Virus record (IMG/VR): IMGVR_UViG_3300037484_000502
Span: 1 to 63,912 of that record
Direction: 5' to 3' (one strand)
DNA from: a virus
Lineage: Duplodnaviria > Caudoviricetes
Length of the DNA: 63,912 nt
Under the pieces are notes generated by a model. It saw only the letters and a list, made by a program, of their open reading frames with translations, was not told the origin of the DNA and did not search any database. The position numbers were made by a program, and so were the translations under genes. This document shows positions 1 to 8,604 of this stretch, piece after piece (the stretch's first letter is position 1; each line of letters opens with the position of its first letter).

Positions 1-85
1 CCATCGGTTTGTCCTGTGCCGCTGCACCCGCATCGGCACAGGCTGTAGGTGCAGCTCTCTCGATGAACGATAGCGAGGTAGCGGG

Positions 86-1216
86 TCATACGTGCCCACC
101 CCCCTCCACGTTGTTCAAAATGATGGATGAGGCCAAGTCCAAAGCCTGGTCAATTCCTTGCACCGAATGCTCGAAGAACTTGGCTGTATCTCGCGCATCA
201 GTTTTCTCGTGCTTGTCAATATCGAAGTACTTTCCGTCTCTGAACATTTGGAGTTTCACTGGTCCGTGGTTCCGCCCCCACTCAAGATCAACAGTCCAGC
301 CTAGAGCGATTTGATGCCCATTTTCATCTCTAGGCTTGTCGAGCATCCGTTTGCAAACACGAGCATCTGCAATCTTCTGGGTAGGGTGCCAACCCTCGAA
401 GCACACACCCGTAGAAAGAGAGTATCCAATGTGCTTGAATGGAGGATGATCTTGCCTCTCTATCACCCGAAGAAACAGTGGATCCGTGGCTTTGTACTCT
501 TCCCACTTCCGGTCATATTCCTTCTGTCGAGCCTCACCTTCTGCTCGACGTATGACTTCGGCATCGTCAATCCAGGAGGAAACCTCAACAAGACTAAGGC
601 CCTCTCGTTTTAGGGTGTGTGTAGCGACTACAACTGGAGTTTCATCATAGTCCTCTGAGACATACTCGACGCCATCAAGACGACCCTTCTGTACCGTCTC
701 GTAGGTGGTGATCGTACCGTCCGATGTGATAGTGGGGGCTATCCCTTCAGCATCAAAACAGGTATCCTCTCCCAACTGAGGCCAGCCCCCCATGGGATTT
801 GAGAAGTCGTAGAAACGGTACTCATAGGGGCACGCCCAGATACAGCCATTCACGAGCATCAATTGATGCTCCCGGTTGTACTTGAAGTCCACCCAACAAA
901 AGCCGTGACCCTTGCTGGCTTCAGGTGGCAGGTAATCTCGACGTTGCACGGTGTCTAACTCAATGACAGTTTGGCCCTGATAGTCCTCACCTGTCACAAG
1001 GTAGTCGTGACCATTAGGATGGTCTTCAACCCACTCATAACAGAACGAGCTGTAATTCCTCTTCACGATGGAGATAGGAGAGCCATCTGCTTTGGTCACT
1101 ACACCATGAGTGTAGTTCCAGCAGCCAGGCTTGGTTTCTATCGTGGAGATCGTGAGTGTGTAGCGCCCTGAGGGGCTCGTAATGACCGTGGGCGAATGTT
1201 CATTGGGGGAATTCAC
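86..1216 (-). CDS. hypothetical phage protein (376 aa)
   Basis: Long ORF; ATGA overlap with the upstream gene at 1213-1216; no family recognised. Confidence 0.8.
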   Translation of the reverse strand: MNSPNEHSPTVITSPSGRYTLTISTIETKPGCWNYTHGVVTKADGSPISIVKRNYSSFCYEWVEDHPNGHDYLVTGEDYQGQTVIELDTVQRRDYLPPEASKGHGFCWVDFKYNREHQLMLVNGCIWACPYEYRFYDFSNPMGGWPQLGEDTCFDAEGIAPTITSDGTITTYETVQKGRLDGVEYVSEDYDETPVVVATHTLKREGLSLVEVSSWIDDAEVIRRAEGEARQKEYDRKWEEYKATDPLFLRVIERQDHPPFKHIGYSLSTGVCFEGWHPTQKIADARVCKRMLDKPRDENGHQIALGWTVDLEWGRNHGPVKLQMFRDGKYFDIDKHEKTDARDTAKFFEHSVQGIDQALDLASSIILNNVEGGGHV

Positions 1217-1662
1217 GCTGCCACCTTCCTTGCCGCTGACCGAATCTTGTACTCGGTTCGGGCCTTTTCCTGTGCCGCAGCCAGGTGCTGTTCGTACGCT
1301 AGGCGCTCTTCTTCGCTAGGCACCTCGTCGAGCCATGCGCGAATCGCTGCCTCTTGTTCCTCAGAGCTATCCCCAAGCATCTGGCAGATCATGTGGCCCA
1401 TCGGCGGGTCGTTGGTGAACCGCTCACACACCCAGTACCGACGGCCCCGTAGCCAGGCGAGGGCGAGCCCCAAGTGTCGCAGCTGCTCCTTATGGAGAGA
1501 GTTCTCGATCCAGTAGGATCGAATGCAGCCCATGCGCTTGTAGTCACCTGGACACGCGGGGTCCGGTGGGTTGGCCTTCTTGTAGGCCAAACGTGCTCGT
1601 GTGTTCTCTTGCTTCCGAGAGATGGTCTCGGCAATCGCCTTCTTCAATTCAATTCGTTCCAT
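1213..1662 (-). CDS. hypothetical protein (149 aa)
   Basis: AAGGAGG SD upstream of ATG; downstream of a sigma70-like promoter. Confidence 0.8.
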   Translation of the reverse strand: MERIELKKAIAETISRKQENTRARLAYKKANPPDPACPGDYKRMGCIRSYWIENSLHKEQLRHLGLALAWLRGRRYWVCERFTNDPPMGHMICQMLGDSSEEQEAAIRAWLDEVPSEEERLAYEQHLAAAQEKARTEYKIRSAARKVAA

Positions 1663-1769
1663 AATGAGATCCTCCTTGAGATTCGTGACGTGGATGACGT
1701 ACAGCGAACTCAGCAGGGGGCGGATCTCGGAGACGAACCTAGTGACGACGTAGTGGCTTCATACCTGGC

Positions 1770-1798
1770 AACCTAACGCAGCTTACGCAGCTTGTCTA
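1770..1798 (-). promoter_or_regulatory. sigma70-like promoter TAGACA-17nt-TAGGTT
   Basis: Minus strand -35 at 1793-1798, -10 at 1770-1775; same architecture, including CCTAGACAAG, at 5311-5339. Confidence 0.65.
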
Positions 1799-1808
1799 GG
1801 GGGTGGCA

Positions 1809-2048
1809 TCATAAAAATCGAGCCAGGGCTCTCATTATCGCGGCTGGGGGTTCCTCGTTCAGGCCAACCACTTCAATTTGTTCACCTTTCTCTGGATCGA
1901 TGAGAGTGACCTGAAGACCGTGATTACCTGAGGCCACGACGATCAGCCGGCCGAAACCGCCAGCCAACCACGCCTCAACGATCCCCCACTTCTCTATGAC
2001 TTGAAGGGATGGGTGCCTAGTTCGTGGGGGTGGGCTATCGTGGGACAC
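1809..2048 (-). CDS. hypothetical protein
   Basis: ORF fills the gap between promoters; protein-like composition. Confidence 0.55.
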   Translation of the reverse strand: MSHDSPPPRTRHPSLQVIEKWGIVEAWLAGGFGRLIVVASGNHGLQVTLIDPEKGEQIEVVGLNEEPPAAIMRALARFL

Positions 2049-2098
2049 GGGCGTAGATCCCTTGAGTACGACGGATCATAGAAGAAAAGGGTAACCCG

Positions 2099-2129
2099 TC
2101 GTGTAATCCTCGATCCGTGAGACGTTACT
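2099..2129 (+). promoter_or_regulatory. ECF-sigma-like promoter TCGTGTAA-16nt-CGTTA
   Basis: Same bipartite motif and 16-nt spacing at 60344-60374 and 62751-62779 (minus); all intergenic and upstream of genes. Confidence 0.6.
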
Positions 2130-2147
2130 GAGGTGAGGATCTACATC

Positions 2148-2363
2148 ATGAACGTCAAAATGCTTCGAGAACTTTTGTCGCACCTTCCGGATGATGCCCC
2201 GATCGTAGTGCCAGACGGGGACCATTCGTACCGGATCGCAAGCGCAAGCGTCACGTCCGCAGGGCGCGTATCGGAACGAGGCCGGAGCCACTACTGCGAG
2301 TGGTATGGGGAAGAGCACGCGGGTGACGGAGAAGAGCGCATCGATGCGCTGGTAGTCCTGTAA
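2148..2363 (+). CDS. hypothetical protein
   Basis: GAGG SD then ATG 2148 (MNVKMLRELLSHLPDDAPIVV, a common phage small-protein start). Confidence 0.7.
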   Translation: MNVKMLRELLSHLPDDAPIVVPDGDHSYRIASASVTSAGRVSERGRSHYCEWYGEEHAGDGEERIDALVVL

Positions 2364-2638
2364 TGGAGACGATTCTCAAGTATCGGATCCCACCGGACGG
2401 CGTCATCAGCATGCCTGAGGACGCCGTGATCCTCCACGTGGATACGCAAGATGATGCTCCTGGCCTCGCCATCTGGGCATTAGTGGAATCCGAAGCAAAG
2501 ACCGTGAGTCGTAAAATTGCAGTCTTTAAGACTGGGCAAGACACCCAGAGTCTCATCCGGATTCACGATGGGAAGTACGTGGGCACAGTTCATCGGATCC
2601 TCCACGTCTTCGACCTGGGTGAAAGCCCATTCTGGTAG
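2363..2638 (+). CDS. hypothetical phage protein
   Basis: TAATG overlap with the previous gene; 91 aa beta-rich. Confidence 0.7.
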   Translation: METILKYRIPPDGVISMPEDAVILHVDTQDDAPGLAIWALVESEAKTVSRKIAVFKTGQDTQSLIRIHDGKYVGTVHRILHVFDLGESPFW

Positions 2639-2769
2639 GCCATGCCAAGCAAGTATCCTGGCCTCAAGCCAGGTAGTTCCGGCGGAACCCCGGCAAGTAG
2701 CTCACTTTCTTGATCGCCATAGGCGACACGAAGCTGAGAAATTCCAACCGCAAGGTTGGAGTGGTTCAC

Positions 2770-2777
2770 GGCGTAAG
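2770..2777 (+). promoter_or_regulatory. GGCGTAAG motif 6 nt before GTG (putative -10 element, leaderless start)
   Basis: Recurs at 3189, 25553, 26756 and (minus) 62709-62716 with 6-7 nt spacing. Confidence 0.55.
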
Positions 2778-2783
2778 AGAGCC

Positions 2784-3449
2784 GTGACGGCCAACATCCA
2801 GAAGACCCCCGGTCTGGAAACTAGCGAGGGGCAACGTGCGTGTATACTCGCGTTGGAATCGATTGGATGGGAACTACACACTGCTGAGATTGACTTAGCG
2901 CGCGGTGTTGCTCGCCTGGAGCTTCAGCATGAAGACCTGCTTGTCACGCTGGACTCAGACGCTCTTGGCCGAGCCACGGTGACTCGTGAACACATTACGC
3001 GCGAGACGGTCCTCGTGGGCCGTCGGGGAGATCAATGTCGAGTAGAGAGGCTTGGCACTGTCTTTCTGGGTCGCACCAGGCATGAGGGCCCTCGTGCCGC
3101 TCTAAGGTGGCTGGCCAACTACATTGAAGACAACAGCTCCTGTGAGAGGTTCTTTGTACGCCACTCACTGGCTCTTTTGACAAACAGTGGCGTAAGAGAG
3201 CACATGGGGTACCACTCTCGGCCAATCGCAAAGGGCGTTTACGGCGAAGTCTCCAAGATCCGAGAGGAACTTGAAGAGCTTGAGGACAGCGAGGAACTCG
3301 GGGTCAAGATCATGGCCATGTGCGAGCTGTCCGACCTCTACGGAGCCCTTCAGGAGTTCGCCAAGCGCAAATACGGTCTGTCGATGGATGACCTGAAGAA
3401 GATGTCAGACCGCACCAAGGAGGCATTCCGTGACGGGACTCGAAGCTGA
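2784..3449 (+). CDS. hypothetical N-terminal part in frame with a MazG-like/all-alpha NTP pyrophosphohydrolase-like domain (likely separate start at ATG 3204)
   Basis: C-terminal 81 aa MGYHSRPIAKGVYGEVSKIREELEELEDSE..CELSDLYGAL shows EExxE..ExxD acidic pattern; own GGCGTAAG motif 7 nt before ATG 3204. Confidence 0.55.
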   Translation: MTANIQKTPGLETSEGQRACILALESIGWELHTAEIDLARGVARLELQHEDLLVTLDSDALGRATVTREHITRETVLVGRRGDQCRVERLGTVFLGRTRHEGPRAALRWLANYIEDNSSCERFFVRHSLALLTNSGVREHMGYHSRPIAKGVYGEVSKIREELEELEDSEELGVKIMAMCELSDLYGALQEFAKRKYGLSMDDLKKMSDRTKEAFRDGTRS

Positions 3450-4056
3450 CGACTTCCGCAGGGTCGGGGCCATCAATTGGCCCCGATTGTCCAGAGCCCA
3501 CGTCTTCTTTCAGGGGAAGTTCTACCGGTACTTAGAGGTTCCGTGGGCGGTGCCGATCTCCGTGGTGGCCACAACCATCCCACCGGAAGCACGTCCTCTG
3601 TGCTTGGCTGACAGCGACTCTGTGCTGATTGGGTCCGCCGAACAGGGGATCATCGACCTGGTATGGAACAGCGGTTTCTGCCCCAGACAAGGCGAGAAGT
3701 ACTTTGCTGTATCTCCCTGCTTTCGAGGAGAGCACCCAGTAACCCCAGGCATTACCCAACTGACCTTCATGAAAGTTGAGCTGTTTTCCCTGAGCGGGCC
3801 GGGTGTGGTTGAAACGCTCGTGAACGACGCCGAAGAGTTCATGACTGGTGAGGGTGCTGTTCTTTCCCGGGTGGAGACCCCTGACGGGATGGACTTGTAC
3901 TGTGGTGGCCTGGAGGTGGGATCCTACGGTGCGCGGTCGGTGCGAGGGCTCCACTGGTCTTACGGTACGGGTCTCGCGGAACCCAGGTTCAACACATCAT
4001 TACGGGCAATGCGCCTCCAACAAGCGCACCAACTGCACCGGGACTACCACACATGA
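3430..4056 (+). CDS. class II aminoacyl-tRNA synthetase-like catalytic core (SerRS-like, no anticodon/tRNA-binding domain)
   Basis: GSAEQ, motif 2 SPCFRGE..TFMKVELF, LEVGSYG, motif 3 GTGLAEPRF; only 208 aa. Confidence 0.75.
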   Translation: MTGLEADDFRRVGAINWPRLSRAHVFFQGKFYRYLEVPWAVPISVVATTIPPEARPLCLADSDSVLIGSAEQGIIDLVWNSGFCPRQGEKYFAVSPCFRGEHPVTPGITQLTFMKVELFSLSGPGVVETLVNDAEEFMTGEGAVLSRVETPDGMDLYCGGLEVGSYGARSVRGLHWSYGTGLAEPRFNTSLRAMRLQQAHQLHRDYHT

Positions 4057-4358
4057 CAGGGCCTCTCGAAAATCTGGTCGATTTGAAGTACAAGATGCTC
4101 TCTGCGGCTTCTCTGGTGAGAACCATTGAGGATTCTCTTCAAAGGGCTCGTACAGAGCTGCACAATGCAGAGCGTGCCTACGAAACCAGCGTATCTCGCA
4201 GTGCGGAGCCTGAGGACAAGAACCTCACTACAGAAGATCTCCGTGAGAGGATTGCCAACTACGCACGGGCGCACGAAACGGGAGAAACGGACTTGTGGTG
4301 GAGGCTGTTCCGTAGGTCACTTGCAGTACTTGCCCAGCGTGCCGAGGGGAAGACCTAA
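4053..4358 (+). CDS. hypothetical coiled-coil protein
   Basis: ATGA overlap; heptad-like helix. Confidence 0.65.
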   Translation: MTGPLENLVDLKYKMLSAASLVRTIEDSLQRARTELHNAERAYETSVSRSAEPEDKNLTTEDLRERIANYARAHETGETDLWWRLFRRSLAVLAQRAEGKT

Positions 4359-4885
4359 TGGGCATCCGAGTTCACAAGGCCATTGGCTATGGAGTGAGGA
4401 AGTTCCGACCAACACTGGAGTTCAACCAGCGTCGAGAAGACTTCTGCGACATGAGCCGTGGTGACTTCAACAAGTGGGTCGCTGCAAATCGCCAGGCCAT
4501 TGAGTCCCTTGCCGGTGGTGATCCCAAGCGGCACTTCGACCTAGACGTTCTTCTCGCGTGCGAGAAATCAAAGTCCTGGGCATACCAAAAGGGCGCGAAC
4601 AACACCAACTACGTCTTCTTGGAAGAGGAGTTCGGGTACAAGGATGCTCTCCTCATTCGGCCCTTGACCTCACACCCTGACTGGTATCGGTTTGACGATT
4701 CCATTGACTACCTTGAAGAGCACACTAAGGACGGCCCACGCAATCGATGGAAGTTCCTCAATCAAGGGCTCTATCCCTATCTCAGGGACGGAGCCCCGAC
4801 GAACGTTGCGGCTGTCTGTTTGTTTTTAGGCGTTCCTGAGGTGTTCCCTCAGTTGCGGGAGGCCTTGTACGTCTGGTGGAGTTGA
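4358..4885 (+). CDS. hypothetical protein
   Basis: TAATG overlap; 175 aa. Confidence 0.7.
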   Translation: MGIRVHKAIGYGVRKFRPTLEFNQRREDFCDMSRGDFNKWVAANRQAIESLAGGDPKRHFDLDVLLACEKSKSWAYQKGANNTNYVFLEEEFGYKDALLIRPLTSHPDWYRFDDSIDYLEEHTKDGPRNRWKFLNQGLYPYLRDGAPTNVAAVCLFLGVPEVFPQLREALYVWWS

Positions 4886-5208
4886 AGAGGCGCTACAAGC
4901 GGTCCAGCGACATATGCCTTGGATGCAGCGAGGTTATCCCGCCAGTCGCAGTCGGCGCATTCACAGTCGAAGGCATCCTGCCAATAGCAGCAATCAAGGC
5001 CATTACAGGACTCGTCCTCTTCCCAGGCCGCATACAAGTCGTTCCGACACAAGTACGTCGTTATCTGCTCGCGCTCTGAGATGCGAGATTTGCGCTCCTG
5101 CCAGGTCTGATGGGCCTCGCTGCCCTTCAGTCCATTTGCCTTCTCAGGCTTGCAAAGAAGACAGCCCGCCCTACGATTTTTCGCCCGTCCGCGTTTGTGG
5201 TGACCCAT
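4849..5208 (-). CDS. basic Cys-rich putative Zn-binding protein (MGHHKRGRAKNRRAGCLLCKP)
   Basis: AAGGAG SD before ATG 5208; CxxC motifs. Confidence 0.65.
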   Translation of the reverse strand: MGHHKRGRAKNRRAGCLLCKPEKANGLKGSEAHQTWQERKSRISEREQITTYLCRNDLYAAWEEDESCNGLDCCYWQDAFDCECADCDWRDNLAASKAYVAGPLVAPLQLHQTYKASRN

Positions 5209-5223
5209 TGGATTTCTCTCCTT

Positions 5224-5264
5224 GTGCAGCCTCAAGCTGCACGTACATGGCAGCCTCAAGCTGC
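5224..5264 (-). repeat. two direct copies of the hairpin GCAGC-CTCAA-GCTGC in a 5' UTR
   Basis: Identical 15-mers at 5226-5240 and 5250-5264, between promoter and SD. Confidence 0.7.
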
Positions 5265-5310
5265 GCGATGAGGATTGAAATCGATCTGGGTACAGGCGGC
5301 ATGAGATGGG

Positions 5311-5339
5311 ATCCTACAGCAGGTTTCAAGTCTTGTCTA
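5311..5339 (-). promoter_or_regulatory. sigma70-like promoter TAGACA-17nt-TAGGAT
   Basis: Exact 17-nt spacing; matches 1770-1798. Confidence 0.65.
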
Positions 5340-5342
5340 GGG

Positions 5343-5978
5343 TTACTCTTCCTCTTCGTCTTCGAGGGATAGCACCCACTCGTCGTAGATCTCTTCGAGC
5401 TTGTTCTCTAGCCGTTCCCGGAGTTTCGGCGTGACGAGCTTTTCGTCCTCGTCACTCAGTTCCAGCCCACTGGCTCCGTACATGCCAGTCGTGAGCTGCT
5501 TTGAGCCCTCGGAGACCTCTAGGTCAATGGCTGGGCGGGGACCGCTGTCAGGCTCGAATGTGAGCTTGACCGTCAGTTCCTTCGTCTTGTCTTTCACCTT
5601 GATGGACTTGGTCTTGGACTCCGCAGCGGCCTTAGCCAACTTGATGAGGTCTGATTGAAGGGAGCTAAGGCGAGGCTCTAGGCTGGATCGCTGTCTGGAT
5701 CTGGCGAATTCCTGATCTGCGATGTTCTCTGACAGCTCCTGATAGTAGGTACGCATGTCCAGAAGTTGTCGGAGGTGGCCTTCGTACTCCTTTCGAGCAG
5801 CACTATAATCCTCTGGTGGGTTCAGCTGAAAGTTACGGCCATGCGGAGCTGCTTCGCCCACTGCCTCTACGGCCTTAAGCAACGCACGGTAAGCCTCCGT
5901 GGCTTGCTTCTGCAAAGTGCGTGTAGTATCCCCATTCATGTTTACAATGGGCATCGTTGGCTTGGTCATTGGAATCAC
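5343..5978 (-). CDS. hypothetical protein, two-domain
   Basis: Overlaps stop of upstream gene; internal LQSDLIKLA resembles a degenerate tag. Confidence 0.7.
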   Translation of the reverse strand: MIPMTKPTMPIVNMNGDTTRTLQKQATEAYRALLKAVEAVGEAAPHGRNFQLNPPEDYSAARKEYEGHLRQLLDMRTYYQELSENIADQEFARSRQRSSLEPRLSSLQSDLIKLAKAAAESKTKSIKVKDKTKELTVKLTFEPDSGPRPAIDLEVSEGSKQLTTGMYGASGLELSDEDEKLVTPKLRERLENKLEEIYDEWVLSLEDEEEE

Positions 5979-6790
5979 TCTTCTCTTTGAGCCAGTAGTG
6001 GAAGCAGGTAGGGGCGCAGCTCGGGGTTCTGATATGCGAGTCGGATCGTGGCCGAGCGGAGATTGCCAGCCTTCTTACCCTTACCCTTACCCATAATCTT
6101 GTGCCAGGCGTCAGTGACGAACTCACTGACAGTCCTCTTCCCGTCGGGGTGCTTCTTGACCCATTCCTTGTGGGCGCTCTCGGACTCAGCCTCGATCTTG
6201 TCCCAATCCTCTGGGGTGTATCCCTTGGGCCATTTGGTCTTGTCATCGAACTTGACCCGGTAGAGGGTGGCTCCCGTCAGGTCTGCATCCGTCAGGTCCG
6301 CACCGCTGAGATCCGCGTGGGACAGGTCAACCTTTTGCAGATTGGCGTCCACCAGATTTGCACCTGACAGGTCGGCCTTGGCCAACTGCGTCTCTTTCAG
6401 ATTGGAGTGGCTCAGGTCTGCCTTGGAGAGTTTGGCACCATTCAGGAACGACTGGCTGATGAAGGCACCCTTCAGGTCGGCACCAGAAAGGTCTTCGTCG
6501 TTCAGTGTCCGGCCGGTTACGCCGCCCTCCGCCATGAGTTCTTCCTTGATGGCTTCCGTGCGCTTCTTGCTCTTACCGGGGGCCTTGTCCTCAGTCTTTT
6601 TCCCAGACTCCTCGGTCTTCTTGACCGAGTGATTGGACTTGTCTGCGTCAGGGTGTTCCTTGAGATACTCTCGAAGGGCATCCTGGGTTGCAAACTCCTT
6701 GGCTGTCTTTGCCAGGATGGGTAGAAGGAATGCACGCAGCTCGGGTCGGGAGTGTGCGAGGCGGATAGTCTGACTTCGAAGATTGATCAT
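5975..6790 (-). CDS. pentapeptide-repeat protein with N- and C-terminal LRS..IRLA..PELR..LLPLL tags
   Basis: A(D/N)LSx repeats (ADLSGANLVDANLQKVDLSHADLSGADLTDADLTGA); tag at both ends. Confidence 0.85.
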   Translation of the reverse strand: MINLRSQTIRLAHSRPELRAFLLPILAKTAKEFATQDALREYLKEHPDADKSNHSVKKTEESGKKTEDKAPGKSKKRTEAIKEELMAEGGVTGRTLNDEDLSGADLKGAFISQSFLNGAKLSKADLSHSNLKETQLAKADLSGANLVDANLQKVDLSHADLSGADLTDADLTGATLYRVKFDDKTKWPKGYTPEDWDKIEAESESAHKEWVKKHPDGKRTVSEFVTDAWHKIMGKGKGKKAGNLRSATIRLAYQNPELRPYLLPLLAQREE

Positions 6791-6799
6791 GGTAGAATC

Positions 6800-7735
6800 C
6801 TAGGCAGCCTTAGGCTGTTTAATCGTCTCTGGGTCCGGCTCTTCGCCACGAAGGATAGCCTGCATGTCTTCGTCGGAAATGCCCTTTGCCATCACCTCAC
6901 CTACAGCCACTGTGAGGTACTGGACGAGCGTCTCTTGGTACTCCTCGTCACTGACCTCGGTGTCTGAAGCCATGACGAGATGCTTGAGCACTTCGGTGAT
7001 CGGGTGCATCGCGTGCAGCGCGGTTTCACCAGCTTCAAAGTGAAGGAAGCCGTGGTCTACAACGTGGGAGATGGCCTTCATCCCAACGTGCATCGCGAAG
7101 CTCTTCCCAACACCCGCCACCGCCATGAGAGGACCCCCTCCGGAGGCTGCCAGTGCCGCACCCGCAGCGTACACCGCAACCGAGTACACGGCCGCTCGGT
7201 CTTCCTTGTTCCACTTCTCCACGGGCTTCTTGAAGAGCTTCTTGACAGCGGTCCCCGCGTGCTTGATCTCTTTCAGCTCGCTCTTGGCCTGCTCCCAAAT
7301 GTGTTTCGCTAACTTCTCGGGGGACTTCTTGATGGCGTTGGCAACATTGGTAGTTGCCCTCTTGCGAGCCTCAGGATCCGACACAAACTCTTGCATCTTC
7401 GCGGGGGCCGCCTGAAGGGCCTTCACCATGTCGGCCTTGGCTCCCTTGACCTTCGAGAGAAAACTCTTGAACTTAGCCGCAATCCCTGGTGAGGGCTTGT
7501 CCTCCCCCTTGGGCTTGTCGTGGGAGGTGTCTTCCTCCTTCCCTTTGCCCTCACTCTTCGAAACGGCAACCGTGTGCTTCGAAGCGTCTGCGTCCGGGTG
7601 CTCGTCCAGGTACTTCTTCCGGGCGTCCTCAGTCGGGAACTCCATGGCCGTCTTCATGAGCAAGGGCAGAAGATGCGGTCGTAGCTCGGGGTTCTGGTGG
7701 GCGAGTCGGATGACTTTGGATCGAAGATTTGACAT
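6800..7735 (-). CDS. tagged hypothetical protein (putative virion internal protein)
   Basis: N-terminal MSNLRSKVIRLAHQNPELRPHLLPLLMKTA plus EFPTEDARKKYLDEHPDAD module shared with neighbour. Confidence 0.8.
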   Translation of the reverse strand: MSNLRSKVIRLAHQNPELRPHLLPLLMKTAMEFPTEDARKKYLDEHPDADASKHTVAVSKSEGKGKEEDTSHDKPKGEDKPSPGIAAKFKSFLSKVKGAKADMVKALQAAPAKMQEFVSDPEARKRATTNVANAIKKSPEKLAKHIWEQAKSELKEIKHAGTAVKKLFKKPVEKWNKEDRAAVYSVAVYAAGAALAASGGGPLMAVAGVGKSFAMHVGMKAISHVVDHGFLHFEAGETALHAMHPITEVLKHLVMASDTEVSDEEYQETLVQYLTVAVGEVMAKGISDEDMQAILRGEEPDPETIKQPKAA

Positions 7736-7747
7736 GGTGTTGGACTC

Positions 7748-8599
7748 TCAAACGACTTCGATGCTTTTCACACGTACGTTGCGGGGGTTGAATACGGCCA
7801 CTTCGGGGACGCCACCGACTAAGTCAAACCCATAGTAAACCACACTATCGAATCCTTTGGAACGTGCCTTACTAGCCTGAGATTTACTTTTAGTGATCAA
7901 GGGATTGTTCACTGTCACTACTACTGTGTAGACCTTTGGACGGTAGGTCTTTGAGTCCAGACCTACTGTATCCAGCTCAGCGTATAGCCAATCAGGCGCC
8001 CCCGTGCTTTGACTGAAGATGTTGATTGGGCCGTCATCCGTACTCAGCGGGGTAATCTTGCTGCCAAGGATATACCCACTGATGTCATTGAGCGTGTTGG
8101 GGTCCACACCGCCCAAGAACCTCCCAAATCCAACCGAGTCAAATGTACCCTCACCAGGTGGTGGATTGTCATTCCAGAACCCTGTGGCCTTGGGGTATGC
8201 CTCCCAGGCGTCAGTGCCCATCTCATAGAGGGTCTGTAGCATCCCGCCCGCATTGGGATTCTTTCGCTTCAAGTCGTCTATGATCGAAACGTCAAATCCG
8301 ATGTTCCGATTGGCATCGGCATACCGCATAGCCACCCGCTTGGATGGAGACAGGAAGATGCCCTTGCCGTAGAATCGATTTACAAGCTCGTCCCGGCTCT
8401 TCTCCATGCTAAATGATTTGAAGAGCTTCGTGGTTCCGTGGTACAACACGACGGGCTTGCCTTCTGCCAATCCCTCCAACCCGTACTCGGATAGGTTGAA
8501 TGCCGTTCTTGCGCTCTTCAACAGAGGTAAGAGAACAGGACGCAACTCGGGTTGGGAGTGGGCCAATCGAATCACCTTGGATCGAAGGGTATCTCCCAT
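7748..8599 (-). CDS. tagged ADP-ribosyltransferase-fold protein (ART-PolyVal-like)
   Basis: LYHGT, FYGKGIFLS..A.RYA, NP, KGFDSV, EVAVFNP motifs. Confidence 0.7.
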   Translation of the reverse strand: MGDTLRSKVIRLAHSQPELRPVLLPLLKSARTAFNLSEYGLEGLAEGKPVVLYHGTTKLFKSFSMEKSRDELVNRFYGKGIFLSPSKRVAMRYADANRNIGFDVSIIDDLKRKNPNAGGMLQTLYEMGTDAWEAYPKATGFWNDNPPPGEGTFDSVGFGRFLGGVDPNTLNDISGYILGSKITPLSTDDGPINIFSQSTGAPDWLYAELDTVGLDSKTYRPKVYTVVVTVNNPLITKSKSQASKARSKGFDSVVYYGFDLVGGVPEVAVFNPRNVRVKSIEVV

Positions 8600-8604
8600 T
8601 CAGA

